NCBI GenBank assembly: GCA_008369845.1
Contig: MRSU01003007.1
Coordinates: 53,807 to 73,806 of the forward strand
Source: Trichomonas gallinae
Taxonomy: Eukaryota
Direction of reading: 5' to 3'
DNA length: 20,000 bases
Each line of letters starts with the position of its first letter. The stretch's first letter is position 1. Positions 8,383 through 18,000 of this stretch are shown one piece after another. The notes beneath the pieces were generated by a model. The model was given only the letters and a program-made list of their open reading frames with translations. It was not told where the DNA came from and searched no databases. Position numbers and translations under genes: made by a program.

Positions 8383-10029
8383 TTATTCTTGATCATAATC
8401 ATCTCCATCTGCGGACTTAATTGCTTCAATTGTGTTCTGGATATATTTAGTAATCTCAGCAACTCTCTTTCTGTTTCTCTCTAAGTCTGTTTGTTTGGCT
8501 GTGCTGATCATCTGTTCAATTCTCTGCTTATAAGCATTACCTATACCTTCTTCGCGCTTATATATCTTAGTATTTCTGTGTTCATTGGATGCCTGTATAG
8601 TTGAAGTCATTGCATCCTTATCGACCAATATAGATCTAACTTCATCCGAAACTTCTACGGCTTCACCCTGGTTGAATCTTTCCCAGAGCTTCATGCAGAT
8701 ATCATTAACCTTTTCGTTGTATTCGCTGTTCAAGTTTCGAAGTGTACCAAAGAATAAAGCGATTTTTTCTGAAATTACATTAATTCTTTCATCAAGTTCG
8801 AGTTCGTAAGCTCTAATCATCTCAGCGACCATATCAACAAGTGCGAATTCACTTGTAAGCAGCTCATCTTCCGTTTTCGTAATTTCATCCATAATCTTCT
8901 GTGATTCATCTTCTTCGAGCTGTGCTTCTTCCTCATTCATTGTTTCCGCTTTAGATGCTTCAATGAGGAATGCGCGACGCTTCCTGTCCAGTCTCTTAAC
9001 GACCTGGATCATCTGCTGCTGATTTTCTTCAGTAACTTTCTTGTAAGCTGAGTTAAACAGCTCCTCCTCCATCTTGAGTGAGTGCGCCTGTGCGATTATA
9101 TCGGCCACGAACCCGTTCGTAGCTTTAGTGATATCATCTGTGAAAAGAGCCGTCGGTTCGCCGAGTTCGCGAATTGTATTTAATTTCTGGTAATCGTTGT
9201 CGCCTTTGAACAAAGAAGTGTTGAGATCTGATATCTTGATGAGGAAGGCGTCGCTGAGTGTCTTCTTTTGCGCTTCTTCCGCTCTCGCGCGATCTTTATA
9301 TTGTTTATCTGTGTCTTCCGCCTGTTGAAGAGTATTGAGCTGATCAGAGAGACGCTCGCGGGCATCCTGAATGTCGTTCTTAGTTACGCGAACGTAATCC
9401 AAGAAATGGAGGTTTTGCAAATATGCAAGAACCGTTAACTTGCAGATATCTTTAGATGCGATCGGATTGCCGACGAGAGTGAGAATTCTGAGTGATTTGA
9501 TTTTGTAGAGGTTTTGAACTTCACTGAGTTCAGAGATATTATTTCTTCCGAGAGAAAGGAAGCGAAGCTTCGGCAGCTCTGGGAATTCGTCTAATCTGGT
9601 GATCTTGTTCTTGAAGAGCGACAGTTCTTCCAGATTGACTAAAGGCGTAAGGCCTTCGAATGGATTGAAGGGGTGACCTTCGTCATCTATGTCGTTGATT
9701 TGGTTGAATGATAAATCGAGCTTGGTAAGTGATGTAAGGACCGCTAAATTTTCGATTTTAGTGATGCAATTATTTGCAAGATACAATTCTTTAAGTCCTG
9801 TATAGCATTGGAGATTGTCAATCCTTCTAATATACATAAAGCATAAGCGGAGAACTTTAATATCCGGTGGTGATAAAGACATTGTAGATTTTCCTTCATT
9901 TCCTGGTTTTTGCGAATCATCGAGCCTCTCTCTCTGAAGATCAGTTAAACCCTCACGTATACCAATCTGCAGAAGGGACTCTTTAATGACGCATGGCATT
10001 GGTTCGTGAAGCTCCTCTTCGTTCATCAT
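8383..10029 (-). CDS. DRC3: Dynein regulatory complex subunit 3 (LRRC48), 548 aa
   Basis: N-terminal SDS22-type LRRs (LRLCFMYIRRIDNL...LYLANNCITKIENL...LDLSFNQI...LVNLEELSLFKNKI...LSLGRNNI) and an LRR cap (LVGNPI...VLAYLQNLHFLDYVRV). Then coiled coils and DRC3-type C-terminal blocks LVDKDAM...ASNEH...KIYKREE and ERNRKRVAEI. Confidence 0.9.
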   Translation of the reverse strand: MMNEEELHEPMPCVIKESLLQIGIREGLTDLQRERLDDSQKPGNEGKSTMSLSPPDIKVLRLCFMYIRRIDNLQCYTGLKELYLANNCITKIENLAVLTSLTKLDLSFNQINDIDDEGHPFNPFEGLTPLVNLEELSLFKNKITRLDEFPELPKLRFLSLGRNNISELSEVQNLYKIKSLRILTLVGNPIASKDICKLTVLAYLQNLHFLDYVRVTKNDIQDARERLSDQLNTLQQAEDTDKQYKDRARAEEAQKKTLSDAFLIKISDLNTSLFKGDNDYQKLNTIRELGEPTALFTDDITKATNGFVADIIAQAHSLKMEEELFNSAYKKVTEENQQQMIQVVKRLDRKRRAFLIEASKAETMNEEEAQLEEDESQKIMDEITKTEDELLTSEFALVDMVAEMIRAYELELDERINVISEKIALFFGTLRNLNSEYNEKVNDICMKLWERFNQGEAVEVSDEVRSILVDKDAMTSTIQASNEHRNTKIYKREEGIGNAYKQRIEQMISTAKQTDLERNRKRVAEITKYIQNTIEAIKSADGDDYDQE

Positions 10030-10035
10030 TTTCAG

Positions 10036-10040
10036 AGTGA
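10036..10040 (-). promoter_or_regulatory. Initiator (Inr) element of DRC3
   Basis: Minus strand reads TCACT-CTGAAA-ATG, i.e. an Inr 6 nt before the ATG at 10029. Confidence 0.65.
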
Positions 10041-10442
10041 AAAAGAACGTTATTATTTTTCTTTCGTTATAAAGCAGTTTTTAGACAAAAATATCCGCAA
10101 ATTTGGAATTATTGTAAGCTATATAATGATATTATCAAATAAAAATCCAAAATTCATTAAAATTTCTCGAATTATACTGATTTTTGACTATTTTAAACAT
10201 GTTTTTATATTATTTATATCAATGTTGTTATAATTAACTAATTATTTTTGATTGTTATGATTTAACCTTATTTAAGTTTACATTTTTTTTCTGACAAACA
10301 AACTTATTCAAAAATCTATTTTTATGATATCACATCACTTTTCCTGATATCGATTTCAGCTTAGACCGGATTTAGAATTATAACGTGTAAAATCATCAAA
10401 TGATGTTTAGGAAGGATCTGGAATAAGAATATACATAACTTT

Positions 10443-11489
10443 TCATTCAAGGAATATAAAAACATGCGTAGCTGCAGTTAACAGAAAATAGTTAAAATTA
10501 AAATAAAATCCAATGAATACAGTGAATGGAATATAATTAACTCTCATTGGATATTCAGCTTCGCAAACATATGACTGATAATATTCTTGAATATTTCTTT
10601 CATAACTTGAGTTGATGAGTTGAATATCGATTTCTCCTGTTCTAATAGTTTCTTTTAGGTTCCCTAAGCAGCAGTTATTAATAATATGTTTACCAGGAGG
10701 TCTAGGATCGAATGCATAATCAATTCCAGTGTTATTGTCAAAGTAACAATATGAAATTGTCACTATAAGCATCTGACTTCCTATTAATGCATAATTTATA
10801 ACGTTAATCATTTGGTTATTTAGATAATTACAGCATCTTATTACGAATGAAAAAGTATCGGTATAAGAGGAGTAATGTGCTGCGTTTGTCCTCAAGTTTT
10901 GAGTGTTGTTGGCAAAATTGCAAAAATTGATGGAAGAGTTATCGTTCGTGATTGAACAAAAGTGAATACAACCTCCATCAGTATTAGTATGCGAGCTATT
11001 GACGTTATTGTAACTTAATATTCCATTATCAAGCTGAGCAGCTACAGATCCGTTCAAATTATCATCATTTTCGCCAATTAAAGCCAAAGAACTCCAATGG
11101 ATTTTATTTTGAGCCAACTTGGAAACTTGAATTTTACAATAAGCGCCTGTTCTTGATGATGCTGATTTATATGCGCATACTCTATTTTGAACGCATTGAC
11201 CTTGAATAGCAAAATAAATCGAGCCACCTTCTCCCAATTTTGAACAATTTGTTAATAAACTATCTTTAATCAAAACATTAGGTGATATAGATCTAGAATA
11301 GAAATTTATTGCTCCTTTCGATGTTAGTTTGATAAATTTCGAAAATGTTATAAAATAATTTAATGCATTGATATCGATGTATGAAGACTTGAAAATAGCA
11401 CAACGATAGCCTGCTGGTAAATAGAAATCTGTCCAACCGTTTTTTAAATTGATATTAGGTTAATGCTGCTCAATGCTGATATTTGACAT
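10443..11489 (-). pseudogene. Trichomonad pectin-lyase-like / Pmp-like beta-helix family gene with one in-frame TAA at codon 10
   Basis: Extending the track ORF (TTG start, 11273) upstream in frame gives ATG(11489) MSNISIEQH*PNINLKNGWTDFY...GAINFY...NVLIKDSLLTNCS...GGSIYF..QGQCVQNRVC. The only disruption is TAA at 11460-11462. Inr TCATTTTT at 11494-11501. Asn/Cys-rich beta-helix-like repeats (FCNFANN, CCNYLNN, YCYFDNN) and a hydrophobic C-terminus. Confidence 0.75.
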
Positions 11490-11492
11490 ATA

Positions 11493-11564
11493 TAAAAATG
11501 ACAATTTTATTTTTAATATGACATGTAAATTTTATATGACAAAATTAAATTTTTACATGACAAA
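11493..11564. repeat. Second phased TGACA array
   Basis: TGACA cores at 11499, 11519, 11537 and 11558 (spacing 20, 18, 21). Best copies are tttatatgacaaa (11531-11543) and tttacatgacaaa (11552-11564). Confidence 0.8.
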
Positions 11565-11580
11565 TATCAAATTAGTAGAT

Positions 11581-12323
11581 TTATCTAATTGGATATATAT
11601 ATATATATTGCATCCTATTGTTGTAGAACACTTGACGGCATGTTATGACTTCAACTCTTTTATATGCATTACATACTTTATCTTCGTTTATCATGCTTTT
11701 CACAGATTTACCGAAAAATGTTTTTTCTATACATACAGAACGAACGTATATAGTCACAGATGATGAGTATATACCAAAAAGCGATCATTATCATTCGGAT
11801 GAGGATCAAATCCGCATACAAATATTTCTTCAACGTAAGAATATGCCAAAACTTTATCATTCTCGAAATATAAATAATATATGGAAGTGCTATTTTGACC
11901 AAATTGTTTACATCATGTAGTAAATCATTTCTTTCTGTAAGATTTATGCCAGGAGCAAACTCAATCGTTTTTTTCATTGTTGAAAAACACCAACCTGCAA
12001 GCATTTTGACAGATGCTAATATATATAAATATGTAATAGATGTTCCCCAAAATGAATCTTAATCAATAAATACGATGGAATCAGGAATTGACTGAATTAA
12101 GTCAATCGCAATCTGCAAAACATCGACAGAATATATGAATAACTCTGTAAAACTTGTTGTCATTGATTGCATATGATGTAATTGTAACATGTGGAGTTTT
12201 TGAAAATTCTTTTATCAGACCTGTCGGTGCTGAAGTAGTATTCTGTCCAATTTTACATGTATTATCATCAATGATTTCGAAGTTGAATCCTTTGAAAACG
12301 AAACTCGCGTTGTGCCAAAACGA
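11581..12323 (-). pseudogene. BspA-like (TpLRR / LRR_5) surface protein pseudogene A
   Basis: Stitched minus-strand translation: FKGFNFEIIDDNTCKIGQN...HVTITSYAINDNKFYRVIHIFCRCFADCD*LNSV [frameshift] IPDSIVFID*DSFWGTSITYLYILASVKMLAGWCFSTMKKTIEFAPGINL...NNLVKIALP [frameshift] VLAYSYVEEIFVCG [frameshift] VTIYVRSVCIEKTFFGKSV...KVC...ITC...*. Stops: TGA 12102-12104 and TAA 12059-12061. The F..C..L.SV.IP.SI..I...F...SI pattern is the TpLRR repeat. Confidence 0.75.
11593..11608. repeat. (AT)8 microsatellite
   Basis: atatatatatatatat at the 3' end of pseudogene A. Confidence 0.7.
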
Positions 12324-12699
12324 CTATTAAAGTATAACGGAACAGCTTTGATCTGGTTTTCAGAAAAAAGTTTATAATGAAATTGTCTAACTTCTCTTAT
12401 AAGTTCCTGTAATTGATGTAAACGCAAAAAGCTTTTTTAACAAAACAGATTTGATTCATGCTTCATATGAGTGTCAATCAGAAAGTTGTCAATCATCTCC
12501 TATTAAACCAAAGGATAAATTTTAAAGTAAAAGATAAAAACAACAAAACTGCTTTGAAAAATGCTTCAGATAAAGGCCTTAAGCATCCAAAATAATGTTA
12601 AAATAGATTTTTCCATATTCATCGAAATTATCAAATTGATTTGCCTTCATAGATTTTGGAAAAAATTGAACGTGTGGAACACTTATGTGACGTTTTGTT

Positions 12700-13075
12700 T
12701 CAGACCCGACTTTTGAAATTCAGATTATAATCAGAATAAAAACAACATCGAGAAATTTTAGCATTTTTGGCATTAAACTCAAAGCAAGTTCTTTTATAAG
12801 ATATATATGTACCCCATAAAGTATCAATCTCTATTCGGAATCGAAACAGAAGTGATTTGGCATCCTTGGAAGCAGTGACCGTATAGTATTTATTGTTATA
12901 TACGGCAAAATGTGAAATTTTGAGGTGGCCTGAGAACAATTTGCCAACAACTGGCGAGTTGGGCTTGATTCCAGAGCTTTTACCAATCCTGCATGTATAA
13001 TTATCTATAGTTTCAAAATAGAAATACCATATGTGAAATTCTAGTATAGGATTATTGTAAATTTATGTAAATCAT
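12700..13075 (-). pseudogene. BspA-like pseudogene B (heavily deleted paralog of A)
   Basis: Minus strand: FYFETIDNYTCRIGKSSGIKPNSPVVGKLFSGHLKISHFAVYNNKYYTVT [shift] FQGCQITSVSIPN [shift] IEIDTLWGTYISY...CFEFNAKNAKISRCCFYSDYNL. This parallels copy A (F.FE.ID..TC.IG; NK.Y.V; SV.IP; D..WGT.I). A possible former ATG is at 13075. The 3' extent below 12700 is uncertain. Confidence 0.68.
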
Positions 13076-14069
13076 TGTTAGGTATGTTCATCAAGATGCA
13101 ATTTTTTACATAAATGAGACAAATGGAGAATAATAAAAGACTTTTCTACTTATTTTTCTCGGAACAAATCTAATGTTTTTTTACGGGACGCCACCAATAC
13201 AAATCTACTCAAGAAACTTTACCCATTTATTTTCAGACTACAAATTATCATTATGATATACTTTTTTTCGTGATATAGTCAAAATTTAGCGAAAAGCAAC
13301 AATTTTTAGGAAAACCACAAAGCATAGTTTCCCAGAAGCGTCATCAATCAAATTTGATTCATGAAACAATGATCTTAAATACATTTATGATGGTCCCATC
13401 GAAAACACATTCAAATTATCATTGTCAATGTCAATTTGATCTCCAGTTGATACACTATCAAATGCTTTATCGACAGCTCCTGATACACGCAAAAAATAAA
13501 AGAAATAATATATTAGTTCAAATATTTGATTTTTGCTGCACTTAATGATCCAATATTTGTTATCAATCATTCAAACAACAAGTTTTAAGACGATTAATAC
13601 AAGATAAATCAACGGAAATTCATTATTTTGGTTGTTGATGCGTCTTAAATTTGATAAATTTACTCTCTTTTTTGTTCATCGTTGTTGATCATCTTTTAAT
13701 AATGAGGTTAGGAAATATCTTGACAATAGATGAGAATTTCCTAATTCACATGCTATTTTTAATCATGGAAATCTAAAAAGAAAAATATAAATTAATTGAT
13801 CATAAGTTAGATCAAAATAATTTTATCAAACTTTATCTAACTTCTCAATCTCGAAATTAAATTTTCTCAATTTTTTTTTAATGAAAGGTGTGATTCAAAT
13901 TTCAAAGAAAGCACCAGATTTTTTGAAACCATAATTTATACATGATCATATCATAAACCAGTGTATTTCAAAATTTAATTTAATACTTTTTTATCAATAT
14001 AAAACTCAGAATATTTTTGTCAATTTAGTCTTTCATATCTCAAGATTTCATTCGTAGTGGTAATAATTG

Positions 14070-14640
14070 ATATTTACAGCTATATATTATATAATCAATG
14101 TCGAAGAAGTTAAATATATCAATCAGGAAAAGAATTACAAAATTTCATATGTCATCATGGATGAACAATATATGAAATCGTGCCTACCAAAGGAACAGAT
14201 GAACATAGGGTTGTTTTTTGAGTTTCATCTACAACTAGTTGTTCTGACAAGATTAATTCTGGTTAATTTTATTGTAAAGGGCGAGATTTTAGACGCAAAT
14301 CAGAACTAGAACATGGCGATATCTTTGGCGATGGTGGTGATAGATGATTATTTATTGAAATTAACTATGACCATCTAATTACGATACAAAAAAATATGAA
14401 TATGGAGCAATATTAGTATCAAATGGTGTTATTTCAAGTAACAGATATGAAAATAAAATGATAATTGATAAAAAAAATAGCGAAATAACTATCATAAAAT
14501 AACCGTCGAATAATTGTTATACAAATAATTGAAACAATGCACATGGAAAAGATTTATTTTTTCTTGCAATAGATGACAGAGATGGAGAAAAATGCAGTCT
14601 TAGAGATAATTTATTCAAATTTAAATTTTTATCTGTGTGA
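14070..14640 (+). pseudogene. Probable decayed Bap-like/Ig-repeat gene fragment
   Basis: Fragments in different frames (INQEKNYKISYVIMDE; VNFIVKGEILDANQN*; GKDLFFLAIDDRDGEKCS) resemble repeat motifs of the downstream gene (LTISGYVTDFDPN; HYLYIFAVDD; HSLIVFAKD), with stops between them. Confidence 0.35.
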
Positions 14641-15044
14641 ATTTTTTCCCGCATATTTTATCACTATATAGATAGATCAACAAAATCAATACATTTTGAG
14701 AGAATTATTTTACAGGGAAATAAAATTATATAAAATCGAATACGTGAATTGCAATGTTCTTTAAAATAATGCGTTAGTTCGCTTTAAATGCACTTTTCAT
14801 AATACTTTGAATATTTCTGAATTTCGATAATATATTATCACAAATACACAAATTAATTAGTCGCTGTATTTTATAAAATTAAAAAAGAACTTAGTATATT
14901 GAAATTGCTTGATAAAAATATTCATTCATTTCTGACAAACGATGAATTATAAATTCCCATAAACAACAAGTTATTTCACAATAAATTATATATCTACGAT
15001 TAATATATTATATTTTTTTATCGATTGCCAATTCGAGAGAAATG

Positions 15045-15065
15045 AAAAGTGATGCATTTTTTTGT
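15045..15065 (+). promoter_or_regulatory. Putative core promoter: AAAGTGA (M2-like) followed by Inr-like GCATTTTTTT
   Basis: aaaagtgatgcatttttttgt directly precedes ATG 15066 and resembles the T. vaginalis AAAGTGAC motif plus a variant Inr. This favours 15066 over the in-frame ATG at 15042. Confidence 0.4.
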
Positions 15066-18000
15066 ATGTTGCTTAATTCTTTCTTAGTTTTAGCTCTTTC
15101 AAATAGACTTATTGGAAAAAGAGTTGAATTACAAGAGTCAATATTCGAAATATACTACGATAATAAACTTGTTATGGATGGATTCGAATTTCTCATCAGT
15201 GATTCAAATTCCAGGCAAGATTTTATTCCATTTGACAATGAATTTATCAGATATTATAATGGAATCGTAGTAAAACCCATTCTACAAGACTGGGAAGAAA
15301 ATCACTTGATATTAAATTTCGAAATTTCAAATCATAACTCAGAATCAATAAACTTTACACCAAAAGTCAGAATCAACAATTATGATACTAATAATACCTT
15401 TATCCAACAGAAAAATGGTTTCCACATTGATAACGTTGCAATTCTAAATTATTTCGGCAAAATTACACCAGAATCCCCATCAAATTCGTACTTTGGAGAC
15501 TCTGACAAAAGATCTCTGATGTTCGAATGGGATACCATTGAGTTGAAATCCAACGATAAAATCACTCTCAATTTACATATCGTTGCAAAAACAACGGCCA
15601 CAACCCCTAAACGTAACCTAAAGCAAGACGATGATGATCCAAATTTAGTTATTGATGTCAGACTTATTCCAGATAACGCGGAAGGTCAATTTAATACAAA
15701 CTTAGTACATGCATATAATCAACTAAATTTCATTGGAAGAATATATGCGAATAATTTTAGGGAGAATATTACAATTCAATTTTCTTTAGTGATGAATAAT
15801 GTCAATATAGAACTTCCTAGTGTTGAACTCACAAAAGAATTTGCAGATTTCAACATTTCATTTCCATTTCCGAAAAACAATGGACGTGTTGAATACTCCT
15901 TATCAGCTCATGATGGCAAAGGCCATTGGGCGAAAGATCCTTATTGGAATGTAAAGATAACAGGAGTCTTTGATGTAGTTGTTAATCCAGGAGTGTATTT
16001 CGTTGAATCTCTAAATTACGTATATAATGCTGGTGATGATATTATAATTAATGCTTTCCTTGGTGACTATCAACCAGGAACACAAATTGCATTAGGATAT
16101 CATGTTGGTGATGAAGACTGGAGTCCAGAAGATTTAGACTTCAACATCACAAATTATTATACTATTGGCACGAATTGGAGAACAGATAGTACTCAAATCA
16201 AATTGGACTTACCACAAAATGCTCGATGGCATTATCTATACATTTTCGCAGTTGATGATTTTCTTGATGTTCAAGATTTACGAGTGGAAAAAATCTGGCT
16301 CAACGAAAAACCAAATGTCACTGAATGGAAGCCAATCAATGAAACATATTACAAGATGGATGAAATTCATATCGAAGCTAAAGCTTATGATGATTCAACG
16401 GTCTTCTTGAAATATTATTTCGATTCTAATGTAATACCGGAGTATGATGATGATAGAATCTTTTCAGATCGTATAGGATGGGCTGTCGTTGAAAGAAATC
16501 AGTCGACAATTTATGCAAAAATTCAAATACCAATTTCTTTGCATGAAGGTCCACATTCACTGATTGTTTTTGCAAAGGATTTTTATAAGCAAACATCTGA
16601 AATGAAACAATATAATTTCACAATTGTTTCAGGACATGTACCATACATTGATATTAGACCAAGTTCAAATACCAATATTTATGCATATAACGATGTTATC
16701 AATTTTATTGGTATATATTATATTGATCTTGATCAAGTTGATAATCTTACAATTGTTGTTGAATATGAATCAACTTCAGAAACTCTTGAGTTTATTCCTA
16801 TTAATTCGGAATCCATGGGATTCTCATTAAATATTACAAATCCACATGAAGATAAAGATTTCACTGTCTCATTCAGAGTTTCTGACAATAATAGTACATA
16901 TTCAAAGACTTTCACATTCCCAATTAGCATCAGAAGAAAGAGGGAATGCATTGTTACGACTCCGATCGAAAATTATTATATATCAAATACAAACCTTACA
17001 ATTTCAGGATATGTCACAGATTTCGATCCCAATGAGAGCATAACTATTACTTATATGATTAATGGCATCATTACACAGCTTAAAGATGCCCAACTTACTA
17101 TAGGACAAAATTATATAAGTCCTAGTTTTACAATCCAACTTCAATTACCATCAGAAGATGGGTTATGCACTCTTCAAATCTGGGCAGAATCATCCAAAAA
17201 TAAGACATATTATAATAATTACAATATTGAAATTAAATCTCCTCCGACAATTTTAGAGTGGTTAGATTTCAATTCAGAAGTTTATCAATATGAATTTGTT
17301 GAAATCAAACTAAGAGTCAAAAGCAAAGTGCCCGTAAAAATGTGTATGCAAATCGATGATGAAGAAGAATATTGTCCACAGAATTTATATACTCCAGATA
17401 ATAACAATAGGAGACTTTTCATTTTACCTTTAGACTTGTTTGGACATCCTCCAGGCGCTCATCAAGCACACTTATACATTCAAGATATTTATCTTCGTAG
17501 ATCAGAAACATTGACCAAATCTTTTACTATATCGGAAACAAAATATGCTCCATATATTGAAGTTTCAAACAGTAGTGGAAATTATTCTCCCATGGAGAAA
17601 ATTTATTTAAATTATAAAGTAGATCAAAGTTCAACGATTTTTATGCATGTTGGTCTATATTATGATGATAGTTTTTGGAAAGAAATAGACGTTGTTGAAG
17701 TCCTAAATTTTGGGCTGGTTGAACGTTCAGTTTCTTTTCAGGTTCCAAAGGAAGAAGGAAGTTATATATGTCTACTGACGGCAGCAATAATTACAAACGA
17801 TGGTGATCAAAAGGCATATCATCGTTGTCAATTTTCCTATTTTGAGTTCAATGTTAAAACAAACCGACCAGTTATACATGCTAATAATTTAGAGGACGTA
17901 GATTATTCACCAGGTGAAATGATTGAGATGAACTTTTGGGTTAGTGATTTCAAGCCTAATTCAACTGGTGAAGTTTACTTTTCATTCGATAATGATATTA

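Noticed and set aside
435..10233. Short track ORFs overlapping real genes or in intergenic DNA (435-701, 1826-2023, 3034-3240, 4527-4715, 5860-6087, 6045-6338, 6250-6483, 6735-6986, 7023-7229, 7716-7973, 7872-8270, 8585-8809, 9180-9365, 10006-10233)
   Set aside because: Antisense or alternate-frame shadows of longer genes, or F/I/K/Y-rich translations of AT-rich DNA. Many start at TTG/GTG, which is unlikely in a eukaryote.
11473..11920. Plus-strand ORFs 11473-11763 and 11645-11920
   Set aside because: They are antisense to BspA-like pseudogene A and span the motif array and microsatellite. No recognisable protein.
10443..13075. Alternative genetic code (TAA/TGA reassigned) to explain the internal stops
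   Set aside because: Intact genes in the window end at TAA, TAG or TGA at expected family positions, and the BspA-like copies also carry frameshifts.
13100..13600. Possible gene remnant (minus-strand LFLLFFACIRS / DKAFDSVSTGDQIDIDNDNLNVF; track ORFs 13354-13545 and 13385-13570)
   Set aside because: Looks faintly coding, but no family motif or consistent frame could be established by eye.
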